From: an uncultured Gammaproteobacteria bacterium
GTDB taxonomy: Bacteria > Patescibacteriota > Patescibacteriia > Magasanikbacterales > JBBTQS01
DNA: 64,000 bases
Direction: 5' to 3'
NCBI GenBank assembly: GCA_965230935.1
Contig: OZ246400.1
Location: forward strand, 438,359-502,358
Below are positions 19,607-29,863 of the stretch, piece by piece; position 1 is the stretch's first letter; the number at the start of each line of letters is the position of its first letter. The notes beneath the pieces are model-generated. The model made no database searches and had not been told where the DNA came from. It saw nothing but the letters and a program-made list of their open reading frames with translations. The translations under genes were made by a program, and so were the position numbers.

Positions 19607-19615
19607 AATCTACCC

Positions 19616-20926
19616 TTATAATTTCGCTACCAACTTTTTAAATAGATCTCCTCGCGCAAATTCATTAATTCGCGGTAACCACGTCAGACCAGGTGAGAGC
19701 AATACCACATCACCTTTGCGCGCCAATCGTGAAGCCAGCAATACCGCCTCTTGTAGATCAACCACTTCAATGCCTTTTGCAAGTTGTCCATTTGCATTTC
19801 CAGGCAACACAATAATCTCTTTTGCTTGACGTTTCATTACCCGTCGCAGCTCAAATAAATCAGAACCTTTAGAATTACCGCCACTAATATGAATGATACG
19901 TCCCTTTGGGAAACTCATCAGCCCGGCGATCGCTCCTTCGGGTGATGTTGCGGTCGAATCATTGTACCACTGCACACCCCGCAACGTTCGAATAAGCTCT
20001 AAGCGATACGGCACCCCAGAGAATCCTTTAACTCCTTTGATAATCGCGGTGTTATTCACTCCATATGCTTGTGCTGCAAGCACCGCCCCCATAATATTTG
20101 CCTCGTTGTGCTGTCCTAATAGTTGGGACGCACGTAGAAATTTGGCAAACCGCTTCGTGTCTCGCTTTGGCGAAAATGGTTGCAACGTGCCCTTGCCGAC
20201 TTTAGCGTGCTTGCGCACCACAGGATCATCTTTATTGATAATTGCCACATCGCCCTCTTGCTGATACGCGAACACTTTTTGCTTATCAGCGATATACTCT
20301 TTCATCCCTTTGTATTTGTTGAGGTGATCAGGATACAAATTAGTCCATACACCGATGTGCGGCGACTTGCGCAAACCGGAAAAGTTATGCAACAAAAAAC
20401 TGGACAACTCGAGCACTACCGGAGTTCCAGACTTAAGTGCGTTTAAAAACGTGAGTGGTGAAACACCGACATTCCCCCCAATCTTGGCGTTTGGATTATG
20501 TTGTAATAGCATTTGATGAATCAGATGCGTTGTGGTCGTCTTTCCGCGCGTACCGGTCACACCAATGACATGCTCCACACCATACAAGCGCAAAAACAAC
20601 GTTACGTCATTATCAACTCGAATCTTGTGCTTGCGAGCCAACGCCAGATATGGACTACTTGCCGGAACATCCGGATTACGTACCACTAAATCGGTTTTGA
20701 TAAAATCCGCTTCTCGATGTCCACCAAGACGATATACAATGTTTGAAAACTTGGCCAAAGATTTGAGTGGTTTTTTAAGCTCATCGCGCGTCTTCATATC
20801 GGTCACAATCAACTTTTTGCACCGAGGTGCTAAAAACTTTGCCGCACTCATCCCACTGCCTTTAGCAAAACTACCAAGCCCCATGAGGGTTATTGTTTTT
20901 CCTACAAATGACTCGGTGTATTTCAT
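19616..20926 (-). CDS. murD: Mur ligase, most like UDP-N-acetylmuramoylalanine--D-glutamate ligase MurD
   Basis: N-terminal LMGLGSFAKGSGMSAAKFL Rossmann-like, GVTGTRGKTTTT P-loop; start reassigned to MKYTESFVGK (20926). Confidence 0.55.
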   Translation of the reverse strand: MKYTESFVGKTITLMGLGSFAKGSGMSAAKFLAPRCKKLIVTDMKTRDELKKPLKSLAKFSNIVYRLGGHREADFIKTDLVVRNPDVPASSPYLALARKHKIRVDNDVTLFLRLYGVEHVIGVTGTRGKTTTTHLIHQMLLQHNPNAKIGGNVGVSPLTFLNALKSGTPVVLELSSFLLHNFSGLRKSPHIGVWTNLYPDHLNKYKGMKEYIADKQKVFAYQQEGDVAIINKDDPVVRKHAKVGKGTLQPFSPKRDTKRFAKFLRASQLLGQHNEANIMGAVLAAQAYGVNNTAIIKGVKGFSGVPYRLELIRTLRGVQWYNDSTATSPEGAIAGLMSFPKGRIIHISGGNSKGSDLFELRRVMKRQAKEIIVLPGNANGQLAKGIEVVDLQEAVLLASRLARKGDVVLLSPGLTWLPRINEFARGDLFKKLVAKL

Positions 20927-20927
20927 A

Positions 20928-22307
20928 TTATTTAGTAATGACCTGCACAAGCTCATCAAATAATTGTTGGACCACTTCTTGACTCTCCCCCTCCACATTC
21001 ACGCGTAACTTTGGCTCGGTATTTGAACCGCGGATATTACACCACACATCACCAAAATCAAAACTTACCCCATCAAGGGTGTCTGGTTCACCGCGATCTT
21101 TGAAGTGATCCACTATTGTCGCAAGTGACTCTGCAACATCTTTGACCACAAAATTATGTTCTCCAGAATGCGCATACTTGGCAAAGGGTGCGACAAGTTC
21201 TGCAAGTGATTTGCCAGTTCGTGCCATCTCTTCCATCACCAAGAGCACAACAGTGGTGATTGAATCAAACACCCCGTAGTCAAAGGCAAAAAAGAAATGA
21301 CCACTGTTTTCTCCACCAAACACACCATCACTTTCAATAATCTTTTCCTTAAAAAAGGAATGGCCAACACGAGTTAATACTGCTGCCCCACCAGCCTGCT
21401 CAATAACATCTTTCGTGATCTTTCCAGGACGCACATCATAGATAACCGCCGTGCCAGGATATTTGCGCAACATGATTTGTGCCAACAAGGTTCGCAACAA
21501 CACACCGGAAACCAATTCTCCTTCATGCGTCACCATAGTGATACGATCACCATCACCATCAAGTGCAAACCCAAAATCAGCGCCAATCGCTTTTACCTTC
21601 TGCTGTGTTGGCACGCAATTCTCTGGTTTAAATGGGTCGGCTTCATGCGCTGGAAAAGTCCCGTCAAGTTCCCAGTTCAATCGCACCAGCTCACAATTGA
21701 GCTGAGAGAAAATCGCATCCATGTCAGGCCCACCAGTGCTGTTTGCGGCATCGACCACAACTGTGAGTTCTGGATATGCAGACGCGCTCACATATGCAAA
21801 CACTGCTTCAGCTGCAGCTTGTGTCATCCCTTCTTTTGACTCAAGCGCACCCTCTGACCCAAATGCATCAGGCAACTTTCCACTCTTAACTAGATCCCGC
21901 AAATTCTGAATGCCACTATCACCACTCACCGGGATACCACGCTCACGCACAATCTTCATGCCACTATACTCCTTGGGATTGTGTGATGCACTTACAATAA
22001 TTCCACCATCATATCCGCCGTCTGCCACCGCATAATAAAACGTCGGCGTTGAGGTCAGCCCAATATCAACCACATTGACACCTTGCTCGCGAAACCCGCG
22101 AATTACGGCATCGGCGATCATGGGTGAGCTCAATCGCATATCACGTGCCACTACTAAGGTAATGCCAGTGGTTTTTTCCAACTCTTTCCCGCGCATATGC
22201 GCAAACCAACGCGCCGTAGCATAGGCGCGTTCTTCATTTAAGTCAGTCGGATAAATACCCCGAATATCGTAGGCTTTAAAAATGTGATCTGGAAAACTCA
22301 TAACCAT
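20928..22307 (-). CDS. Phosphomannomutase/phosphoglucomutase (alpha-D-phosphohexomutase family)
   Basis: FKAYDIRGIYP N-motif, active-site SASHNP, GDGDR; start reassigned to MVMSFPD (22307). Confidence 0.75.
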   Translation of the reverse strand: MVMSFPDHIFKAYDIRGIYPTDLNEERAYATARWFAHMRGKELEKTTGITLVVARDMRLSSPMIADAVIRGFREQGVNVVDIGLTSTPTFYYAVADGGYDGGIIVSASHNPKEYSGMKIVRERGIPVSGDSGIQNLRDLVKSGKLPDAFGSEGALESKEGMTQAAAEAVFAYVSASAYPELTVVVDAANSTGGPDMDAIFSQLNCELVRLNWELDGTFPAHEADPFKPENCVPTQQKVKAIGADFGFALDGDGDRITMVTHEGELVSGVLLRTLLAQIMLRKYPGTAVIYDVRPGKITKDVIEQAGGAAVLTRVGHSFFKEKIIESDGVFGGENSGHFFFAFDYGVFDSITTVVLLVMEEMARTGKSLAELVAPFAKYAHSGEHNFVVKDVAESLATIVDHFKDRGEPDTLDGVSFDFGDVWCNIRGSNTEPKLRVNVEGESQEVVQQLFDELVQVITK

Positions 22308-22380
22308 TGACAAAGGCCTTGATTCAGGCCATACTTTAGCTACACCATACGCTATTTTGGCGTAGTAATCAAACATTTCT

Positions 22381-22953
22381 ATGGGAACTCTTGCCTGGAT
22401 TATTCTGGCAGTTGTCGTGCTCATTATCCTTTGGATCATTGGCGCATACAACAGCTTGATTCGACTTAAAAATCGCACAGACGAAGCATGGTCTGACATC
22501 GACGTGCAACTCAAACGTCGCTATGATCTGATTCCTAACCTGATTGAGGCAGTAAAGGGCGCAACCAAGCACGAAGCGCAAACACTTCAAAAAGTTACCG
22601 AAGCTCGTACTGCGGCTATGAGCGCACATGATGCTAAAGACGCATCGCTTGAAGACAAGCTCAAAGCAGAAAACATGTTGTCTTCAGCGCTCAAATCAAT
22701 TTTTGCACTTGCAGAAAACTACCCAGATCTCAAAGCAAACCAAAACTTTTTGCAACTGCAAGACGAACTTTCTGACACCGAGAATAAAATCCAAGCATCA
22801 CGCCGATTTTATAATGGAAACGTCCGTGACTTTAATACCAAAATCGAAACCTTCCCGAGCAATATGATTGCTGGCATGTTCGGCTTCAAAATTCGTGAAT
22901 TCTTTGAAGTTGCTGATGCTAAAGAACGTGAAAACGTAAAAGTCTCATTCTAA
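22381..22953 (+). CDS. LemA family protein
   Basis: N-terminal TM then IGAYNSLIRLKNRTDEAWSDIDVQLKRRYDLIPNL typical LemA; 190 aa. Confidence 0.75.
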   Translation: MGTLAWIILAVVVLIILWIIGAYNSLIRLKNRTDEAWSDIDVQLKRRYDLIPNLIEAVKGATKHEAQTLQKVTEARTAAMSAHDAKDASLEDKLKAENMLSSALKSIFALAENYPDLKANQNFLQLQDELSDTENKIQASRRFYNGNVRDFNTKIETFPSNMIAGMFGFKIREFFEVADAKERENVKVSF

Positions 22954-22965
22954 CCACTCCACGCC

Positions 22966-23862
22966 ATGTACGATCACATTGCGGTAAATAAACGCAAAAC
23001 CCGTATTTTAATTGCCATGTTTGTGGTGGTGGTACTTATGATTGGTGCTGCTGCCGGTATGGTGCAAGGTATGGATCCAGTTGCCACAATTGGTATTGCA
23101 GCAGCGTTTTCGATCGTCATGGCACTCGTTGGCTACTTTAAAGGCGACAAAGTGGCGCTTGCCAGCTCTCGCGCACGCAAAATCACCAAAGCGGACAATC
23201 CATATGTATATCGCATGGTTGAAAACCTTTGCATTACCGCCGGAATCAAAACCATTCCTGCGCTCTACATTATTAACGATCCGGCCATTAACGCGTTTGC
23301 CACTGGTCGCGACCCGGAGCACTCCTCAATTGCCGTGACAACCGGTGCGATTGAAAAACTAGAAAACGAAGAGTTAGAAGGGGTACTTGCTCATGAGTTG
23401 TCCCATGTACAAAACTACGACATCAGAATCATGACCATTGTCATTGTGTTGGTGGGCATGATCTCACTTATTGCCGACCTCTTTTTGCGCGGCATGATTT
23501 TTGGTGGTCGCGGACGAAGCAGTGACAGTCGCGGTGGCGGCATTCTGGCAGTCGTCGGCATTGTACTTATTGTACTCTCCCCAATCATCGCCAAACTGAT
23601 TCAAATGGCAGTCTCACGTAAACGGGAGTACTTAGCTGACGCAAGTGGATCACTGCTCACGCGGTATCCAGAAGGTTTGGCGCGGGCGCTTGAGAAAATC
23701 AAAGCACATAATCAACCGATGCGAGCAGCAAATCATGCTACGGCACACCTCTTTTTAGAATCCCCTTTTCGTCGCTCGCGAGGTGGTAAAGTCAAAACAT
23801 CCTGGTTTGATACGCACCCACCAATTGACGATCGTATTGCCAAACTCCGTAGCATGGCGTAA
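22966..23862 (+). CDS. htpX: Zinc metalloprotease HtpX (M48)
   Basis: HELSHV (HExxH), 4 TM topology; 298 aa. Confidence 0.8.
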   Translation: MYDHIAVNKRKTRILIAMFVVVVLMIGAAAGMVQGMDPVATIGIAAAFSIVMALVGYFKGDKVALASSRARKITKADNPYVYRMVENLCITAGIKTIPALYIINDPAINAFATGRDPEHSSIAVTTGAIEKLENEELEGVLAHELSHVQNYDIRIMTIVIVLVGMISLIADLFLRGMIFGGRGRSSDSRGGGILAVVGIVLIVLSPIIAKLIQMAVSRKREYLADASGSLLTRYPEGLARALEKIKAHNQPMRAANHATAHLFLESPFRRSRGGKVKTSWFDTHPPIDDRIAKLRSMA

Positions 23863-23874
23863 TATCCACTCTCT

Positions 23875-26352
23875 ATGGATTTAATTGATCGCATGAGTTC
23901 ACATCTTAAGGCATCGCTGAAACACGCGATTGTCTTAGCGACTCGCCAAGGATATTCAATTGTCTACCCTGAACATCTTTTACTTGGCCTACTCTCCCAA
24001 CGTGGATCAGTAGCCACAGAACTTTTGCGTAAGTATCAGTGCAACAAACGGGCACTCACCCAATACGCACTACGCCATCGCAAACACAAAAACCTGAAGC
24101 CCATTCCAGAACTTTCAAAAGAGTCGATTCAAAGTGTGGAGCGAAGCGTGATGATTGGTGCGCAATACGGCCACAATGCAATTGGTACTGAGCATGTGCT
24201 CCTCGCCATGATTGAAAGCAACACCAAAAGCATCCAACGAGCCATTGCTGCAACTAAGATAGAGCAACCACAAGAGCTTGCGGCCTATTTGCGCGTCATT
24301 CTTAAAAGCACAAGTAAGTTTCAGGAAATGCGCGGAGCGCTTGAACAACAACAAGATGGTAGTTCATCTTCGGAAAGTTCCCATACTCCAGCAGAACTTT
24401 CTGCACTTACCCACACCCAACCACACAGTAAAGTCCAGTTGCACAATTTTGTGCGAAACCTTACTGATCCTGAAGTCCAAAAAGCCATTGATCCGGTAAT
24501 TGGTCGAGAGGCAGAGATTGCGCGCTTGATTCATATTCTGTGCCGCAAAACCAAAAATAATCCTTTGCTCCTTGGCGACCCTGGTGTTGGAAAAACTGCA
24601 ATTGTTGAAGGGCTTGCCAAACGAATTGTGCATGGTGATGTGCCCCACCCACTTCGCAACAAGAAAATTCTTGCGTTAGATATGGGGCTGTTGATTGCCG
24701 GAACCATGTACCGCGGTGAGTTTGAATCACGACTCAAAGCTATTATTGATCAAATCAAACGCGATCCCAATACTATTGTTTTTATTGATGAAGTACACAT
24801 GATTGTTGGGGCCGGCGCAACTTCAGGATCACTTGACGCTGCAAACCTGCTCAAACCTGCTTTGGCTCGTGGCGAGCTCCGTTGTATTGGAGCAACCACC
24901 TATCCTGAATACAAAAAACACATTGAGCATGACAGTGCGCTTGACCGCCGGTTTGCGAAAATCATGGTTGAAGAGCCGACCATGGAGAAAACGCGCGCTA
25001 TTCTTGACGGCCTTAAACCAACATATGAACAGTACCATAACGTAACCATCAGTGATGACGCGCTTCGCGCAGCAATTGAAAGTGCAAAACGGTATCTCCC
25101 AGAATATCATTTTCCAGATAAAGCAATTGATCTATTGGATGAAGCTGCAGCAGCATTTCGTGCCTCAGCACCGCAACACCCCCTTGATGCTAAAATCATA
25201 CAAACTGAAGAGGCGCTACGTGCAATTGTCAGTGAAAAACACCAAGCAGTTCTTGCCGAGGACTTTGAGCGTGCCCTACGCGCAAAAGAGCATCAGCAAG
25301 CACTTGAGAGAACCCGTGAGCAACTGATCAATCGCCGAGAAAAACGTGGCCAAAGTAAGCACCAAATCACTGCTACTAACATTGCCCACGTGATCGCTCG
25401 GCGTATTGGCGCACCGGTGTCCTCAATTACCTTTACCGGTGAACATCGACTTACTGCTGTCACGGATCACATCAATTCGCGCATCGTTGGCCAATCACGT
25501 GCCAAAACTCACATCCATAATACCCTCACCAAAGGGCTTCTTGATCTACACACGCGCAAACGTCCGATGGCATCACTCCTCTTTGCCGGACCAAGTGGAA
25601 CTGGTAAAACCCATAGCGCTCATGTGATTGCCCAAGCATTGTATGGTGAACAAAACAATTGTGTGGTGATCAATATGGCAGACTTTAAAGAACCGCATGC
25701 TGTAGCTAAATTAATCGGCTCCCCTGCTGGATATGTGGGATATAAAGATGCCACCACCATTGCAGATACGATCAAACGCCAACCATTTAGTGTCTTACTT
25801 TTTGACGAGGTCGACAAAGCACATACTGACATGCGCAATATCTTACTGCAGATGCTCGACACTGGCGTGCTTACTGATGCGAGCGGCCGCGCAATTGATG
25901 TAACCAACAACACCGTCATTATGACCACCACTGCTGGGAGTACGCATCTTGCTGGTGGGAACATTGGATTTGGTTCTCCTGATACAAAAAATACAAACGC
26001 GCGGCTTCGGCGCACCCTTGAAGAACGCTTTGGAAAAGAATTTTGCAATCGTGTTGATACGCTGGTGCTGTTTGACTCACTTTCCCAGACCGACCTCGAA
26101 CACATTGCGAAACGAGAGCTCACCCAATATCTGAAAAAAATTACAAAACGAGGAGTTGATTTGCGTATTGACGACTCAATCGCAAAATGGATCGCTCGCA
26201 CTGCCAAAGACTCGCCACAAATGGGTAGAACAGTGTATACTATTATCGAGACAAAGATCCTTCCAGTGATCACATCGCATGTGATTGCAGGGAATGCAAG
26301 CGCGCCACATATTCTTCGTCGCGTTGGTAACCAGATCAAGCTCTCAGCATAA
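23875..26352 (+). CDS. clpC: Clp/Hsp100 AAA+ ATPase, ClpC-type (Clp_N repeats, two AAA modules, UVR-like linker)
   Basis: GDPGVGKTAIVEGLA (D1 Walker A), GPSGTGKTHSAHVIAQAL (D2 Walker A), EDFERALRAKEHQ UVR-like; 825 aa. Confidence 0.7.
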   Translation: MDLIDRMSSHLKASLKHAIVLATRQGYSIVYPEHLLLGLLSQRGSVATELLRKYQCNKRALTQYALRHRKHKNLKPIPELSKESIQSVERSVMIGAQYGHNAIGTEHVLLAMIESNTKSIQRAIAATKIEQPQELAAYLRVILKSTSKFQEMRGALEQQQDGSSSSESSHTPAELSALTHTQPHSKVQLHNFVRNLTDPEVQKAIDPVIGREAEIARLIHILCRKTKNNPLLLGDPGVGKTAIVEGLAKRIVHGDVPHPLRNKKILALDMGLLIAGTMYRGEFESRLKAIIDQIKRDPNTIVFIDEVHMIVGAGATSGSLDAANLLKPALARGELRCIGATTYPEYKKHIEHDSALDRRFAKIMVEEPTMEKTRAILDGLKPTYEQYHNVTISDDALRAAIESAKRYLPEYHFPDKAIDLLDEAAAAFRASAPQHPLDAKIIQTEEALRAIVSEKHQAVLAEDFERALRAKEHQQALERTREQLINRREKRGQSKHQITATNIAHVIARRIGAPVSSITFTGEHRLTAVTDHINSRIVGQSRAKTHIHNTLTKGLLDLHTRKRPMASLLFAGPSGTGKTHSAHVIAQALYGEQNNCVVINMADFKEPHAVAKLIGSPAGYVGYKDATTIADTIKRQPFSVLLFDEVDKAHTDMRNILLQMLDTGVLTDASGRAIDVTNNTVIMTTTAGSTHLAGGNIGFGSPDTKNTNARLRRTLEERFGKEFCNRVDTLVLFDSLSQTDLEHIAKRELTQYLKKITKRGVDLRIDDSIAKWIARTAKDSPQMGRTVYTIIETKILPVITSHVIAGNASAPHILRRVGNQIKLSA

Positions 26353-26372
26353 TTTGTCTTGACATAGACACT

Positions 26373-27611
26373 ATGGACAAACGAAAATTGTTTGGCCTTA
26401 TTGGACTTATCGTTGGTTCAATAGGTATTGCTATTGCGATTTATTTCGTATTTTTTAAATCAGACACGCCCGAACCTACTCCAATCACTGATGAAACCGG
26501 AACCATCACTGGGTTTATCACTGCTGATGGTGAGCGCGTCCCGGTTGGCCCTGATGGCGAACCAATTATCACTCCGGACGCATTTCCTGAATCAGAAGCA
26601 CGGCCGCCATCGGCAGTTGCGGACGGTGGCCCAACAGCAACCCAAATCCTTGTTCCATCAGATGCACGCGATCTTAAATTCAACCCAAACGCAAAATCCC
26701 TACAATACTACGATCCCATCACCGGACTATTCCACCGCATTGGTGCTGATGGCGAAATTACCACACTCAACGACACGCCACTGGTAAATGCACGGGATGT
26801 TGCCTGGGCCAATGGAACTGACAAAGCAATCGTTGAATTTCCTGATGGGGCAAATGTGTTTTATGATTTTAAAACCCAGGAACAACGCACCTTACCAAGT
26901 CACTGGACTGAGTTTGAATTTTCTCCACAAGACGAAAGTATTGCCGCGAAAAAACTTGGCTTCTCCCCGGAGAACCGTCATTTGATTATTGCGAACCCGG
27001 ACGGGACGGCAGAACGCGCGGTTACCTTTCTTGGAAAGAACGCTCACAAACTTGATGTATCATGGTCACCGAATGATCAAGTGATCGGGTTTGCCCACAC
27101 CGGACGCAAACTTGGTCTTGGTCGCGAAGAAGTACTGCTGGTTGGTAAACATAACGAAAACTTTCCATCCTTAATTGTTGAAGGGCTTAAATTTCAACCA
27201 AAATGGTCTACCAAAGGTGATGCATTACTCTACAGCTCAATTAGTAGCAATAACGATCTGCAACCAGAATTATGGTTGGTCAATGCAGATACTGACAGTG
27301 TTGGCGAACAACGCATTCCACTTGGACTCACCACTTGGGCAGATAAATGTACCTTTAGTAATAATGAGAACATCTACTGTGCCGTACCAAATCCAGATCG
27401 ACTCCCATTTGGCATTGGATTTCGTCCAGACATGGCCAACAATACCGACGATACGATTTACCAAATCAACTTGAATACCGGAACAACCTCCATCGTCGGC
27501 AAACCGGATAAAAGTGTAACTGTTGATAGTTTGGTTGTTTCTGATGACAACTCGTTGCTGTACTTTACCGAGAAAAATACCGGCACCTTACACCAAATGA
27601 TCCTCAAGTAA
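26373..27611 (+). CDS. TM-anchored PD40/TolB-like beta-propeller repeat protein (paralog 1)
   Basis: N-terminal TM; repeated xxSWSPNDQ / FSPQDESIA / PDG motifs typical of PD40 blades; 412 aa. Confidence 0.5.
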   Translation: MDKRKLFGLIGLIVGSIGIAIAIYFVFFKSDTPEPTPITDETGTITGFITADGERVPVGPDGEPIITPDAFPESEARPPSAVADGGPTATQILVPSDARDLKFNPNAKSLQYYDPITGLFHRIGADGEITTLNDTPLVNARDVAWANGTDKAIVEFPDGANVFYDFKTQEQRTLPSHWTEFEFSPQDESIAAKKLGFSPENRHLIIANPDGTAERAVTFLGKNAHKLDVSWSPNDQVIGFAHTGRKLGLGREEVLLVGKHNENFPSLIVEGLKFQPKWSTKGDALLYSSISSNNDLQPELWLVNADTDSVGEQRIPLGLTTWADKCTFSNNENIYCAVPNPDRLPFGIGFRPDMANNTDDTIYQINLNTGTTSIVGKPDKSVTVDSLVVSDDNSLLYFTEKNTGTLHQMILK

Positions 27612-27612
27612 T

Positions 27613-28257
27613 ATGCAACGGCAAGAGACAGTTATTCTGTTGGTGGGAGGACTTGCAATCATTGCTATTTTCGCTTGGGGACTCTTGGCGCTCTATCAAC
27701 CAACGCCAGAAAAAACTCCGGTCACCTATCGCAGTGGCGCACCCGAAGTCTTTGCGGACGATCCATTCTTAGGGCCGGCTGATGCCAAAACAACAGTCGT
27801 TATGTACAGTGATGTTGGCTGCCTTGCTTGTGCGCGACAACTCGATATTATCGAAGATCTTCACAAGAGACTACCAGAGGTAAAGTTCGTCTGGAAAGAT
27901 CTCCCTGATCGGGGCATCATTATCCCAGAATATATGCAAGCCCATGTTGCAGCGCGATGTGCCCATGGGTATGGTAAGTTTTGGGAATACGCCCGTGAAT
28001 TGTTGATCAATCGCAATACCTTGATTGAATTTGATCATATTGGATTTGCCGGCACACTTGGGATTCCTTCAGTGCCATTTAGCCAATGTATGGGATCAGA
28101 CGCTGCAGCGCAAAGTGTAACCGCGAGTCTGCAACAAGGACGAGAGTTTGGCGTCTTCTCTACTCCGTATCTATTTGTAAACGAACGTCGCATTGATGGG
28201 GTTATTCCAATCAATCGACTCTTCCAAATTATTTTTGAAGCGAATGCGCGCTCATAA
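27613..28257 (+). CDS. DsbA/BdbD-like thiol:disulfide oxidoreductase, membrane-anchored
   Basis: TTVVMYSDVGCLACARQ (CxxC in thioredoxin context), N-terminal TM; 214 aa. Confidence 0.65.
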   Translation: MQRQETVILLVGGLAIIAIFAWGLLALYQPTPEKTPVTYRSGAPEVFADDPFLGPADAKTTVVMYSDVGCLACARQLDIIEDLHKRLPEVKFVWKDLPDRGIIIPEYMQAHVAARCAHGYGKFWEYARELLINRNTLIEFDHIGFAGTLGIPSVPFSQCMGSDAAAQSVTASLQQGREFGVFSTPYLFVNERRIDGVIPINRLFQIIFEANARS

Positions 28258-28261
28258 GAAT

Positions 28262-29863
28262 ATGAAAAGTAACAGTCTTTCAGCTCGAACATACTCAATC
28301 ACCCCACTTGGCATAGTGCTCCTGGCAAGCACGGTACTGAGCCTAGCGATTGTACCTTCACACGCCCAAGCACAATCAGATGGTGAACTCACCAAAACCG
28401 GAAAACAAACCGAGGCGATTACCAAACAAAAACAAGAGCTCAAACCAATACAGCCAAACCTAAACATCGACATTCCGGATCTACGCTTTACTGATCCTAG
28501 CACCTTGAGCGCCAAGATCAAAAACGGCGCCAAAGGATTTAGTATCCCGTTTCTTGGTGAATATATTTCTGGAATCTACACTTATGGCGTGGGGATCATT
28601 TCGATTTTAGGAATGATCGCACTAGTCGTTGGTGGAATTATGTACGCTGCCGCTGCTGGAAATAGCGAGCGCGTTGAGTTGGCAAAAAGTATCATTACTA
28701 ATTCATTTATTGGTATTGGTATTGCTGCCGGGAGCTACTTGTTACTGTATATTATTGATCCCAATCTCGTGGAGCTTAAAAACGTGGGAATTACTGTCGT
28801 TGAAAAAGAAGAGTTTGATTATGATACCGAAGAAATGGAACAACTTTCAGCTGATAGTCCGGTAACTGCTGCGGATAAAGTTGAAAACCCTACCGGGACA
28901 GACCATGGTTCTGCTGCATCTGCAGGTACCACTACCGGCACCACTGAATTTGTAACAAAAATAGTTCCATATTATGGAAAAACAGTTGAAGCGTGGACAA
29001 GTAGGTCAAAAAGCAAGACCATGACTGTCAATATCCCTAGCGCAATACCAGAATTTCTCCCAGCTGATCCTAGTGATTCTGCTTTACCAGCAGGATTTAC
29101 CAGTGTGAATCAGTTTAACAATAAAATGGCCATGATTGGGTACACCTTTGGTGATACGTCACTGAGTGCCAAAACATTTTGTAATCTCAAGGCAGCGAAT
29201 AAATCAACAAATTTTTCTGCAAGCGCATTTGCTGATTCCAAATATTTTGGCGCACTTGATTGCGCTGGAAACTACGGACCACGAAGTTCGATCAACTATC
29301 TTGTGCTTCACAATGCCGGTGCCAGTGCTTTCACCACAACCAAAAACTGGCGCCAAGGTAGTATTGGAAGATACAAAAAGAAAAAAGATGGAACCTGGTA
29401 TTATTGGAGAAAGCCGATCGCATCACACTTTTTTATCGAGGCAAGTGGCAAAACCTACCAACTTGCAGATACCAAACTCCACCTTCGGCACTGTTGTGGG
29501 AAAAATAAAACCTCTGTAGGTGTTGACTTACAACCCAACATTTACAAAGTAAAAGGTGGACCCAAAGGAATCAAAGGCAAAAAATTCAACTGGTACAAGC
29601 AAAGTGCCTACAACAAAATCAAAAAAATCGCTGACCTGGTTGGGGTTCCAATGACTAATGACACCATTATTTCTCATTGTGGTGAGTCTCCTGGACGACG
29701 CGTTGATCCAAATTATTTCTCCTGGGAAGCCATTGGCCTAAACACGAATCACGCAAAACATAAATGTACTTGGAGCGCACAAAAAGTGAACATCGCCAAA
29801 CAAGTCAAAGCAGAAGTTGGTGATGCCAAGTTTGAAGAAATGTGTCCTAAGTGTCCAATCTAA
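28262..29863 (+). CDS. Secreted peptidoglycan hydrolase: signal peptide, central 2-helix membrane-hairpin module, Ser/Thr-rich linker, C-terminal N-acetylmuramoyl-L-alanine amidase (Amidase_2/PGRP-like) domain
   Basis: signal MKSNSLSARTYSITPLGIVLLASTVLSLAIVPSHAQA; hairpin LNIDIPDLRFT...AAAGN...IIDP; amidase motifs LVLHNAG, SHFFIEASGKTYQLAD, SHCGESPGRRVDP. Confidence 0.6.
   Translation: MKSNSLSARTYSITPLGIVLLASTVLSLAIVPSHAQAQSDGELTKTGKQTEAITKQKQELKPIQPNLNIDIPDLRFTDPSTLSAKIKNGAKGFSIPFLGEYISGIYTYGVGIISILGMIALVVGGIMYAAAAGNSERVELAKSIITNSFIGIGIAAGSYLLLYIIDPNLVELKNVGITVVEKEEFDYDTEEMEQLSADSPVTAADKVENPTGTDHGSAASAGTTTGTTEFVTKIVPYYGKTVEAWTSRSKSKTMTVNIPSAIPEFLPADPSDSALPAGFTSVNQFNNKMAMIGYTFGDTSLSAKTFCNLKAANKSTNFSASAFADSKYFGALDCAGNYGPRSSINYLVLHNAGASAFTTTKNWRQGSIGRYKKKKDGTWYYWRKPIASHFFIEASGKTYQLADTKLHLRHCCGKNKTSVGVDLQPNIYKVKGGPKGIKGKKFNWYKQSAYNKIKKIADLVGVPMTNDTIISHCGESPGRRVDPNYFSWEAIGLNTNHAKHKCTWSAQKVNIAKQVKAEVGDAKFEEMCPKCPI

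Noticed and set aside
26355-26372. TTGACA hexamer just upstream of the 26373 start
   Set aside because: Only about 10 nt from the ATG, too close to act as this gene's -35; probably coincidental within clpC 3' end
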